64,000 bases of DNA. Source: an uncultured Gaiellaceae bacterium (GTDB lineage: Bacteria; Actinomycetota; Thermoleophilia; Gaiellales; Gaiellaceae). Under the pieces are notes generated by a model. It searched no databases, was not told the origin of the DNA, and was given only the letters and a program-made list of their open reading frames with translations. Position numbers and translations under genes: made by a program. Positions 56,033-64,000 of this stretch are shown one piece after another. The stretch is from contig CAWFYY010000005.1 in NCBI GenBank assembly GCA_963820225.1, positions 125,620 through 189,619 on the forward strand, in the 5' to 3' direction. The first letter of the stretch is position 1. Every line of letters starts with the position of its first letter.

Positions 56033-58001
56033 ATGGCAAGAAAAACAGGCGGCAATTGCGGTGACGTTCGTCAGAGCGCCCTTTGGGGATCTGGCAACCG
56101 CGGCGGCGAATTCCGATCGAATGCCCTCTGGGGCAAGGGCGGTCGGGGTGGCATCGTCACGCTCGTCGGCGCACTCGTGCTGTCATTGGCAGCGGGAGCC
56201 GCATCGGCGAAGAGCACTGCTCCTCAGCCTGCACCGTCGGTCACTGCGACCGTCGTCGAGGCAGGACTGCTGGAGCGTGCAAAGGCGAATCCGACGCAGA
56301 GGTTCCGCGTCATCGTCCAGAGCGCAACGAGCGCCAAGGCGGCGGAGTCTGCATTCGAAAACGCGGAGAAGGCAGACGACCAGCAGCTTCAGTCCGACGA
56401 GAAGCTCGCTCGAGGACAACGAGAAGCTGGCCGACAAGGCCTACTCGAAGCTCAAGGCGAAGGCGGACCGCGCGAAGGCCTCGGCCGAGCGTGACCGTTG
56501 GCGTGCAAGGCGTGAAGAGGCGAAGGCACTCCGGAAGTCGGCTCGCGGCGAGCTCGACGACCGCTTCGACTTCATCAACGGCGTCTCGCTGGAGATGTCC
56601 GGACGGCGGCTCGAGCGGCTTGCTCGCACCTCCGGCCTGATCATCACCGAGGACGTCGAGGTCGTGTTCCTCGACACCGGCTCGAGCTACAGCCAGTACT
56701 ACTCGGCGTATACGTCGAAGCAGCTGTGGGCGTACGAGTCGGGCGTCAGCGCACTCTGGTACGGGACCCCCCGGCCGATGCCTGCGATCGCGATCGTGGA
56801 CTCGGGCATCGACAGGAACCTGCCCGACTTCGCCGGGCGCAACATCAAGCAGGTCAACTTCGTCGGCTCGGGCAAGCCCAACGGCGCGCTCGACGGTCGC
56901 GGTCACGGCAGCTTCGTCGCCGGGATTGCTGCCGGGTCGGCCAGGGACTATGCCGGCGTGGCTCCGAACGCACCGCTCGTCTCGCTCGACGTCATGGACG
57001 ACTCCGGTTCCGGCCGGACGAGTGACGTGATCGCGGCGACCGAGTGGATCCTCCAGAACCACGTGGCGAACGACATCAAGGTCGTGAACTACTCGCTGCA
57101 CGGCGGCGGCACGGCGCACTTCTACGACGACCCGCTGAACAAGGCGGTCTCGAAGCTGTGGTTCGCCGGCATCACCGTGGTCGCGGCGGCAGGCAACTAC
57201 GGCAAGGACGGGGGCCCGAGCGGCGTGCTGTTCGCTCCCGGCAACAACCCGTTCGTGATCACGGTCGGCGCGGTCGACATCGGCGGCACGGCCAGGAACT
57301 ACGATGATGATCGTGCTCCGTGGTCGGCGTACGGCCGGACGCAGGACGGCTTCTGGAAGCCCGAGATCTGCGCACCTGGCCGGATGATGGTCGGTCCCAT
57401 TCCGATGGGCTCGACGCTTGCGGTCGAGAAGGCGAGCAAGATCAAGAGCCCCGGTTACGTCGAGCTCTCCGGGACGTCGTTCGCGGCGCCGGTGATCACG
57501 GGTATCGCGGCTCAGATCATCGCCCGGAACCCGAACATGACGCCTGACCAGGTCAAGGGCGCCGTCATGCGGCGGGCTCGTGCGGTGCCGCGCGCCGAGC
57601 AGAACTCGTGCGGCGTCGGGCAGGTCAACGCTGTCAGGGCGGTGCTGAACGCAACGACGACTTCGAACCCGAATGCCGGCTTGAACCGCTTCGTGAAGGC
57701 GGATGCGGCGACCGGGCAGAAGGTCTTCGACGCGGTCAGCTGGACGGATGTCTCCTGGTCCGACGTCTCGTGGGACGCGGTCTCCTGGACGGACGTGTCC
57801 TGGAGCGACGTCTCCTGGGATGCGGTCTCCTGGAGCGATGTCTCCTGGACGGACGTGTCCTGGAGCGACGTGTCCTGGAGCGACGTCTCCTGGGAGGACG
57901 CAGGCGAGGACGTCGGTACTCCGGACGGCTCAGGTGTCCCCTTGACGCCCGCAGAAGCGCTCGCGGCGGCATCGGATCCTGATCTGGCCCCGCTGCCGTA
58001 A
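56033..58001 (+). CDS. secreted subtilisin-like serine protease (S8) with I9-type propeptide and a C-terminal Trp-rich pentapeptide repeat; frame disrupted at about 56400-56412 as sequenced
   Basis: RBS aaggaga precedes ATG 56033, followed by a TM/signal segment IVTLVGALVLSLAAGAASA. The catalytic triad context is AIVDSGID, GHGSFVAG and SGTSFAAP. The N-terminal frame (56033 ORF) and the main frame (56061 ORF) join near QSDEKLA/LEDNEKLA. Confidence 0.88.
57729..57893 (+). repeat. 11 tandem 15-bp units encoding (D/T/S)(A/D)VSW pentapeptides inside the S8 protease gene
   Basis: Read directly from the sequence: DAVSW TDVSW SDVSW DAVSW TDVSW SDVSW DAVSW SDVSW TDVSW SDVSW SDVSW. There is a partial 45-bp higher-order period. 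Confidence 0.9.
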
Positions 58002-58011
58002 CTCGATCGAC

Positions 58012-58049
58012 GAGAGGGTCGGCCCAACCGGCCGGCCCTCTCACTTTTT
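58012..58049 (+). terminator. intrinsic terminator after the S8 protease gene
   Basis: A 13-bp stem with one G-U pair joins gagagggtcggcc and ggccggccctctc around a 5-nt loop. A T run (acTTTTT) follows. Confidence 0.75.
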
Positions 58050-58210
58050 CACCCGTGTCACCCATTCGGGGGAACTCGAACGAGGGTACCCCGACAGGGG
58101 GATGCCCGCTCGGCGAGAGTGGGAATACCTTTCGAGGCGGCCACTCAAGGCTTCGATTCTGCGGCATCGAAGGAGACCAGCGGCATGAAGAGCACGTGCG
58201 GAGCGGCATC

Positions 58211-60939
58211 ATGAACGCAATTCCTCTCGAAGACGCGATCTCCCGCGGCGGTGCGCCGATCGAGGCGCGCAGCCAGCTCCCCCGAAGGCCCTCCTCTACT
58301 TCCTCGTGGTCGCGGCCGGTGCAATCGCTGTCACGGCGCCGTTCCTCAGCCAGCTCGACCGGCACACGGGCAGCTGGCTCGAATTCGCGATCCTTGCCAC
58401 CAGCGTGGCCTTTGCGCAGTTCTTCGTCGTGCGCACGCCCGGGAACAAGTCGTACCACACGACCGGCGTCTTCCTGATCGCCTCGGTCCTGCTCCTCCCG
58501 CCGGGGCTGGTGGCGCTCATCCCGCTGATCCAGCACGTGCCGGAATGGCTGCGGAGCCGGGGGAAGTGGTACGTGCAGTCGACGAACCTCTGCGTCTACA
58601 CGATCGCGACGATGGCGGCGTGGGGGAGTGCGCATGTGATCCTCGGCTCCGAGAGCCTGAGCGATGACATTCGCTTCGCGCTCGCCGGCACGGCGGCGTC
58701 GATCGTGCTCGTCGCACTCAACTCGGCGCTGCTCGCCCCGATGATCCGCTTCGTCAACGGGCACCCGATGCGACAGATCTTCTCGTACCAGACGCTGTCG
58801 ACGGAGTTCGTCTTCGCCGCGCTCGGAGTCGTGCTCGCCGCGTTCTGGACGGCGAACCCGTGGCTCGTCCCCTTCGCGATCGCCCCGCTGCTGCTGATTC
58901 ACCGGGCGCTCTCGGTGCCGCAGCTGCAGGCCGAGGCCCGTGTGGATCCCAAGACCGGCCTCTTCAACGCGCGCTACTTCGCCTCGGCGCTGACGGAGGA
59001 GCTCGGTCGCGCCCAGCGCTTCGAGCGGCCGCTGTCGCTGATCATGGCCGACCTCGACCTCCTGCGTGAGATCAACAACACCTACGGCCACCTTGCCGGT
59101 GACGCGGTGCTGAAGGGCATCGCGGAGGTCTTCCGCGCAGAGCTCCGCCACTACGACGTGCCCGCTCGCTTCGGCGGCGAGGAGTTCTCCATCCTCCTGC
59201 CGGAGACCCCGCCCGAGCAGGCTCTCGAGATCGCGGAGCGGATCCGGCGTGCGATCGCCGAGCGGTTGTTCGACGTCGAGACCTCGAGCGAGCCGATCCG
59301 TGCGACCGTCTCGATCGGCGTCGCCGGCTTCCCGAAGGACGCGCAGGATCCGAACGCGCTCATCCACCAGGCGGATCTCGCCGTGTACCGCGCCAAGCTG
59401 CAGGGGCGCAACCGCGTTCTCAGCGCGAGCTCCGAGCCGCTCCTGATGCCCGCCGACCGCAGTGTTCCCCTCGTTGCCGTCCCGGAGGACGGCGACCACC
59501 ACGAGCCGCTGGCGCGCGTCCCCGAGGCGATGCCCGAGCTGGAGCGCCGCCACACGGCGCACACCACGAGCGGGCCGCGCTTCCTGCAGCTTTCGACCCG
59601 CCTCGGGCTGCTCGTCGGCCTCGTGACCATCACGGGCGTCGGGGCCGGTGTCCTCGGCATCCTCTACGGGACCTCGACCGACATCATCGGCCTGCTCGCG
59701 GTGATCGCGCTCGTCGGCGTGGGGGAGGCGCTCGCGCTCGAGCTCGACGACGGCTCGATCTCCGTCAGCGCCGTTGGTGCGCTCGCGGGCGCAGCACTCT
59801 TCGGCCCACGGAGCGCCCTCGCCGTCGCAGTCGCGATCTGTGCCGTCCAGTGGAGCGCGGATCGCGGTCCGATCCACAAGGTGCTCTTCAACGTCGGCAC
59901 GCTGACGCTCTCGTCGCTCGTGGCGGCATCCATCTTCACGCTCGACTTCGGTGCCGGTGGGATCGCTGAGCTCGTGACCGTCGCGACGGGCCTCGTCGCC
60001 GGTGCGGCGTACTTCGCGGTCAACACCGGCCTCCTGTCGGTCGCACTCTCCCTCGAAGGACGCGAGAACGTCTGGCGCGTGTGGCACGAACGCTTCCTCT
60101 GGCTTGCGCCGCACTACCTCGTCTACGGCTTCATCGGCGGAGTCATCGCGATCGGCTACGACGCCGCGGGCCTCTATGCGCTCGCCGTGTTCGCCGTGCC
60201 GCTCCTGCTGATGCGGAAGACACAGGAGGCGTACCTCTCGCACACGCGTCGCAGCGCCCAGAAGCTGCGCCAGGCGGCCGAGACGATCCATACGCAGAAC
60301 GTGTCGCTCGAGCAGGCGAACCGGCTCCTGAAGGAGCGCTCGACGGCGGCGATGGAGAGCCTCTCCGCGACGGTGGACGCGCGCGATGCCTACACGGCCG
60401 GCCATTCGCGCCGCGTGCAGCAGCTGGCGCTCGCGATCGGGCGTGAGCTCGGCCTCTCGCACGTGGAGCTCGACCTCCTCGGCCACGCCGCCCTCTTCCA
60501 CGACATCGGCAAGCTGGCGATCCCGGACTCGATCCTGCTGAAGCCCGCGAGCCTCACGGAGGAGGAGTGGGCGCTGATGCAGCGCCATGCCGACGAGGGC
60601 GCCCGCATCATCGACAGGCTCGGCTTCCTCGGCGACGCCGTTCCGGCGATCCGCCACCACCATGAGCGCTTCGACGGCACCGGGTACCCGGACCGCCTCA
60701 AGGGCGAGGAGATCCCGCTCGGCGCGCGGATCATCCACGTCGCCGACGCACTCGACTCGATGCTGACCACGCGCATCTATCGGGCGGCTCGCCCGCTCGA
60801 CGAGGCGCTCATCGAGCTTCGCCGCGCAGCGACCTCGCAGTTCTGCCCGCGCTGTGTCGCGGCGCTGGAGCGGATCCTCCCGCTCGACGCGCTCTCGGAC
60901 GAGCCGTCGCTGCGTCCGAAGCTGCTCGCGGTCTCCTAG
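58211..60939 (+). CDS. multi-pass membrane protein with GGDEF diguanylate cyclase and HD-GYP phosphodiesterase domains; frame disrupted in the C5 run 58279-58283 as sequenced
   Basis: ATG 58211 (MNAIPLEDAIS...) is one frame off from the TM-rich main ORF (KALLYFLVVAAGAIAV...). Domain order is TM block 1, GGDEF (RFGGEEFSILLPE, RxxD-like upstream), TM block 2, HD-GYP (HDIGKLAIPD, HHERFDGTGYP). Confidence 0.88.
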
Positions 60940-60949
60940 GTTCTCAAGT

Positions 60950-60989
60950 ACGGACGTGCGGGGGCCCTGCTCAGGCGGGGCACGTCCGT
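60950..60989 (+). terminator. inverted repeat after the GGDEF/HD-GYP gene
   Basis: acggacgtgc and gcacgtccgt form a 10-bp stem around a 20-nt GC-rich interior. T-rich sequence (ttctagcgttctt) follows. Confidence 0.5.
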
Positions 60990-60999
60990 TCTAGCGTTC

Positions 61000-61027
61000 T
61001 TGCAACTTGGAGAAAATGCTCTAGACT
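61000..61027 (+). promoter_or_regulatory. candidate sigma-70-type promoter TTGCAA-N16-TAGACT driving a leaderless transcript
   Basis: The -35 hexamer is at 61000-61005 and the -10 hexamer at 61022-61027. The ATG at 61034 lies 6 nt after the -10 hexamer and no Shine-Dalgarno sequence is present. Confidence 0.4.
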
Positions 61028-61033
61028 GTTTGC

Positions 61034-61714
61034 ATGGCACGATCGCGCCGCCACCCTGCGGTGGCAGGCATCGATCCGGAAGCACTTGCAGCGTTCCAGG
61101 CAGGCATCCGCAAGCGCTACACGGACGAGGAGATCCTCGGACAGCTGACGGCGAGCGCCGAGCGGCTGGGACGTTCGCCGACGATGCGGGAGTTCGCTGC
61201 GGACGCCCTGACGACCGTTCACCCGCAGACGGTGATCGAGCACTTCGGCAGCTGGAACGCCGCCAAGCGGCAGGCGGGGCTCGTGCCGCGCCGCTTCGCG
61301 ACGAGGGAGGAGCTGCTGAGCCGCCTGCGCGCGCTCGGCGAAGAGCTCGGGCGCACGCCGACCGCCCGCGACATCGATGCCCGCAAGGGCGCCATGCCCT
61401 CGAAGTCGCTGCTCTGGCATACGTTCGGCTCGCTGGCGCAGGCGCTGCGCGAGGCAGGGTTCGACGTCCCGGTCGGGGAGGAGCGACTCGAGCGCGCTGT
61501 GGTTCAGGGGGCGGAGCTCTCCCGCACGCTCGGGCGGCTGCCGAAGATGGCCGACTGGGCCGCCGCCCGCCGTGCCGACCCGTCGCTTCTGACCGAGTGG
61601 CAGGTCTACCGCATGATCGACGTCCAGCCGGCGTGGGCGGCGTTCCAGTACCTCGTGCGGGAGCGACTGCGGGACGAGGGCGCGGAGGTAGCGCCCGACG
61701 GAACCCTCGGCTAG
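61034..61714 (+). CDS. protein made of three homing-endonuclease-associated (HNH_repeat-like) repeats, with no nuclease domain
   Basis: A roughly 55-aa unit occurs three times: LGRSPTMREFAAD...HFGSWNAAKRQAGL, LGRTPTARDIDAR...TFGSLAQALREAGF and LGRLPKMADWAAA.... Confidence 0.7.
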   Translation: MARSRRHPAVAGIDPEALAAFQAGIRKRYTDEEILGQLTASAERLGRSPTMREFAADALTTVHPQTVIEHFGSWNAAKRQAGLVPRRFATREELLSRLRALGEELGRTPTARDIDARKGAMPSKSLLWHTFGSLAQALREAGFDVPVGEERLERAVVQGAELSRTLGRLPKMADWAAARRADPSLLTEWQVYRMIDVQPAWAAFQYLVRERLRDEGAEVAPDGTLG

Positions 61715-61720
61715 AGCGCG

Positions 61721-62519
61721 CTAGCCTGCCGCGACGGCGATCGCGGCGAGGCGCTTGAGGCAGGAGGCGCCCTCGTGCGGGGCGCGCACGGAGGGAAGGA
61801 TCGTCTCCTCGACGTAGGAGCGATCGGCCCGGAAGCGGTCGCTGCTGGTGACGCGCCCGTCCTCGATCCGGAGCAGCGTCCCCTCGTCGAGCTCACGCTT
61901 GCGCAGAGAGAGCCGGACGGTCTGCTCGAGCAGGTCGAGCGCAGCGCGGGTGGAGGCGAAGAAGAGCTCCTTGCCGGCGGTGCCGATCCAGAGCGGCCGG
62001 CCTGCGGCGCGGGCGATGAAGAGGGTGGAGCGCGTTCCGCTCGTCGAGCCAGGCGGTTGCCATTGCGCCGTGCAGCTCCTCGAGCGCCTCGGGGCGTCCC
62101 TCGGCGTGCTCGGCGAGGGCGAAGATCGCCTCGGAGTCGACGGTCATGTCCGGATGGGCGCGCTCGAAGCCGTAGTGCGCGAAGATCTCCTCGTCGTTGA
62201 CGATGATCCCGTTGTGGATCCCGACGACCGAGCCGTGCCGGATCGGGTGGTTGTTCGCCTCGATCGTGGGATGGCCCTTCGTGTAGTCCCGGACGTGCAC
62301 GAGGACCTGCGTCGAGGCGGCCGGCACGTGCAGCTCGCCGAGGAGCTCACTCGCGCCCGAGCGGCGCTTGTGCACCGTCACGGCAGCGCTGGGGCCACGG
62401 TGGGCGTACCCGACGGCGTCGGCGCCGCGCTCTGCAATCCCGGCCAGGAGCGCCTGGGCCGCGAGCGTCCGTTTCACGCTCGATTCAGGGCTGAGGCTGT
62501 ATCCGGCGATTCCACACAT
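61721..62519 (-). CDS. class-II (Ntn) glutamine amidotransferase domain protein, frame disrupted at about 62018-62030 as sequenced
   Basis: N-terminal nucleophile is MCGIAGY, with HVRDYTKG...NNHP and GIHNGII. After ...AWLDER the homologous sequence (LFIARAAGRPLWIGTAGKELFFAST...) continues in another frame to stop at 61721-61723. Confidence 0.75.
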
Positions 62520-62662
62520 AACTACTAAATTCTACTCCGGTCATCGGCTGGAGTGGCTACCCACTTGAGTAGGGTAGACGGCGGGTATTGCGAGGAAGTT
62601 AGGGCCGTGTTCGACAGTTCGGGACGGAGTCCTCAAGCTGCGGGGCCGAGCAGCCGATATCG

Positions 62663-63652
62663 GTGGCGATGGAGCCGAACCCCGCCGAGCCCGTCTTCGA
62701 GACGGCACCTGAGCCGCATCTGGAGCTGCTTCCCGCCCTCGACGACCCCAAGGATGGGGAGGAGGATGCCGAGGAGGTCGAGACCGAAGAGGTCGACGAC
62801 GCCGAGGAGGCCCCTCCTGCCGTCGCCGAGGCGACGCAGGATCCCCTGAAGCTCTACGTGCGCCAGATCGGCGACGGGCGCCTGCTGACACCCGCCGAGG
62901 AGCGCGAGCTCGCCCGCCGCAAGGACGAGGGCGACGAGGCGGCGAAGCGACGGCTGATCGAGTGCAATCTCCGGCTCGTGATGTCGATCACCCGCAACTA
63001 CACGAAGGCCGGCGTGCCGCTCCTCGACCTGATCCAGGAGGGGAACCTCGGCCTGATCCGAGCCGTCGAGAAGTTCGACTACAAGATGGGCTTCAAGCTC
63101 TCGACCTACGCCACCTGGTGGATTCGCCAATCCGTCACGCGGGCGCTCGCAGAGCAGGGCCGGACGATCCGCCTGCCCGTCCACGTCGCCGAGCAGGTGC
63201 GCCGCGTCACGCGCAGCCGCCGCATCCTCGCCCAGAAGCTGAACCGCGACCCGAACGAAGCCGAGATCGCGCTCGAGGCGGGTTTCACACCCGAGCGCGT
63301 CCAGGAGCTGCTCGAGCTCGTCCAGGATCCGGTCAGCCTCGAGACGCCCGTCGGCGACGGCGAGAGCCTCTACGGCGACATGGTCGAGGACACGAAGACC
63401 GCGGGGCCTGACGCCGAGACCTCCGACCGGCTTCGCGCCACCGAGCTGTCCGCCGCGCTCGACCGCCTGAATCCCCGCATGCGCCACGTTCTCGCCCAGC
63501 GCTTCGGCCTGGACGGCGCGGTCCCGCAGACGCTCGAAGAGGTCGGTGTCGGCCTCGGCATCACCCGCGAGCGCGTCCGCCAGCTCGAGTCGCGCGCCCT
63601 GCGCGAGCTGCGGATGGTCGCACCCGGGCTCGAGTTTTACTTGCGCAGCTGA
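62663..63652 (+). CDS. RNA polymerase sigma-70 factor, group 1/2 (RpoD/HrdB-like)
   Basis: An acidic N-terminus is followed by region 1.2 ([11 protein letters not shown]), region 2 ([34 protein letters not shown]), region 3 and region 4.2 ([24 protein letters not shown]). Confidence 0.9.
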   Translation: MAMEPNPAEPVFETAPEPHLELLPALDDPKDGEEDAEEVETEEVDDAEEAPPAVAEATQDPLKLYVRQIGDGRLLTPAEERELARRKDEGDEAAKRRLIECNLRLVMSITRNYTKAGVPLLDLIQEGNLGLIRAVEKFDYKMGFKLSTYATWWIRQSVTRALAEQGRTIRLPVHVAEQVRRVTRSRRILAQKLNRDPNEAEIALEAGFTPERVQELLELVQDPVSLETPVGDGESLYGDMVEDTKTAGPDAETSDRLRATELSAALDRLNPRMRHVLAQRFGLDGAVPQTLEEVGVGLGITRERVRQLESRALRELRMVAPGLEFYLRS

Positions 63653-63728
63653 CCGAGATCTGCGGGAGCAGATTCCGGTCAGCGCGAAGACCCTAAAGGG
63701 GCCGCTTCGCGGCCCACCCGGTGGGATC

Positions 63729-64000
63729 TTACAGCTGCTGGCCGACGGACTCCATCTCGCGGAGCGAGGCGAGGCGCTTCAGCGAGTCGAGCTCGATCTG
63801 ACGCACGCGCTCACGGGTCAGTCCCAGTCGCCGGCCGATCTCCTCGAGCGTTTTCGGCTCGGAATCCGTCAGCCCATACCGCAGCACGACGACCTGCCGC
63901 TCACGGTCGGTGAGTGCCCGGAGCGCCTCCTTCAGCGCCTGGCTGCGAAGCGAGAGCTCGACCTGCTCCTCGGGCAACGGGCCGTCGCCGGCGACGAAAT
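63729..64000 (-). CDS. RNA polymerase sigma-70 factor, C-terminal region only (5' end outside window)
   Basis: Region 4 reads LTDRERQVVVLRYGL...TLEEIGRRLGLTRERVRQIELDSLKRL. The frame stays open to the window edge. Confidence 0.8.
   Translation of the reverse strand, partial: FVAGDGPLPEEQVELSLRSQALKEALRALTDRERQVVVLRYGLTDSEPKTLEEIGRRLGLTRERVRQIELDSLKRLASLREMESVGQQL

Noticed and set aside
57729-57893. A possible CRISPR-like or minisatellite array (regular 15-bp repeats), and the antisense ORF 57512-58027 encoding QETS/QDTS repeats.
   Set aside because: The repeats are contiguous with no spacers, in frame with the S8 protease, and encode a coherent SW pentapeptide. The antisense ORF is simply the mirror image.
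57736-60738. A 1000-aa minus-strand ORF antisense to the GGDEF/HD-GYP gene.
   Set aside because: Its composition is dominated by Arg, Asp, Glu and Ala with no motifs. The plus-strand frame has clear GGDEF, HD-GYP and TM features. This is a GC-driven antisense artefact.
61034-61714. A homing endonuclease or mobile element.
   Set aside because: Only the accessory repeats are present. There is no HNH, LAGLIDADG or GIY-YIG catalytic domain, no intein or intron context, no flanking repeats, and no compositional shift.

Overview
This is a gene-dense, roughly 70% GC chromosomal segment with actinobacterial-type synteny. The presence of RNase Y suggests a deep-branching lineage such as Thermoleophilia or Rubrobacteria, but that is inference only.

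Most of the window is core housekeeping:
- pnp, an M16 peptidase, dapB, a macro-domain gene, dapA and rnj.
- rbsK plus a nucleoside hydrolase.
- ftsK.
- Two BMP-family binding proteins with an ABC ATPase and two permeases, probably for nucleoside uptake.
- A RodZ-like gene, then cinA, thpR, recA, recX, rny, miaB, an epimerase, miaA and dapF.
- A convergent dapE-dapC-dapD operon.
- hflX, dut, a Nudix hydrolase, a PLP decarboxylase, an M10-like protease and murT-gatD.
- An S8 protease, a GGDEF/HD-GYP membrane protein, an HNH-repeat protein, a class-II amidotransferase and two convergent sigma-70 genes.

The accessory part lies at about 13.9-26.7 kb and is built around PQQ enzymes:
- A disrupted PQQ-propeller lipoprotein.
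- A PQQ alcohol-dehydrogenase-type gene followed by two cupredoxin genes and an HxlR regulator.
- Seven translationally coupled genes (MoxR, DUF58, a TM protein, vWA, a TPR-like protein, vWA, and a second PQQ propeller) in the same order as mxaRSACKL.
- A 1468-aa secreted protein at 1.9-6.3 kb also begins with a soluble PQQ sugar-dehydrogenase-like propeller.

No rRNA, tRNA, CRISPR array, transposase or integrase was recognised.

Caveat: at least about 17 single-nucleotide frame disruptions occur, many in G/C homopolymers. They hit essential genes (recA, rny, miaB), so they are most likely assembly errors. ORF-track boundaries are therefore unreliable in those genes.
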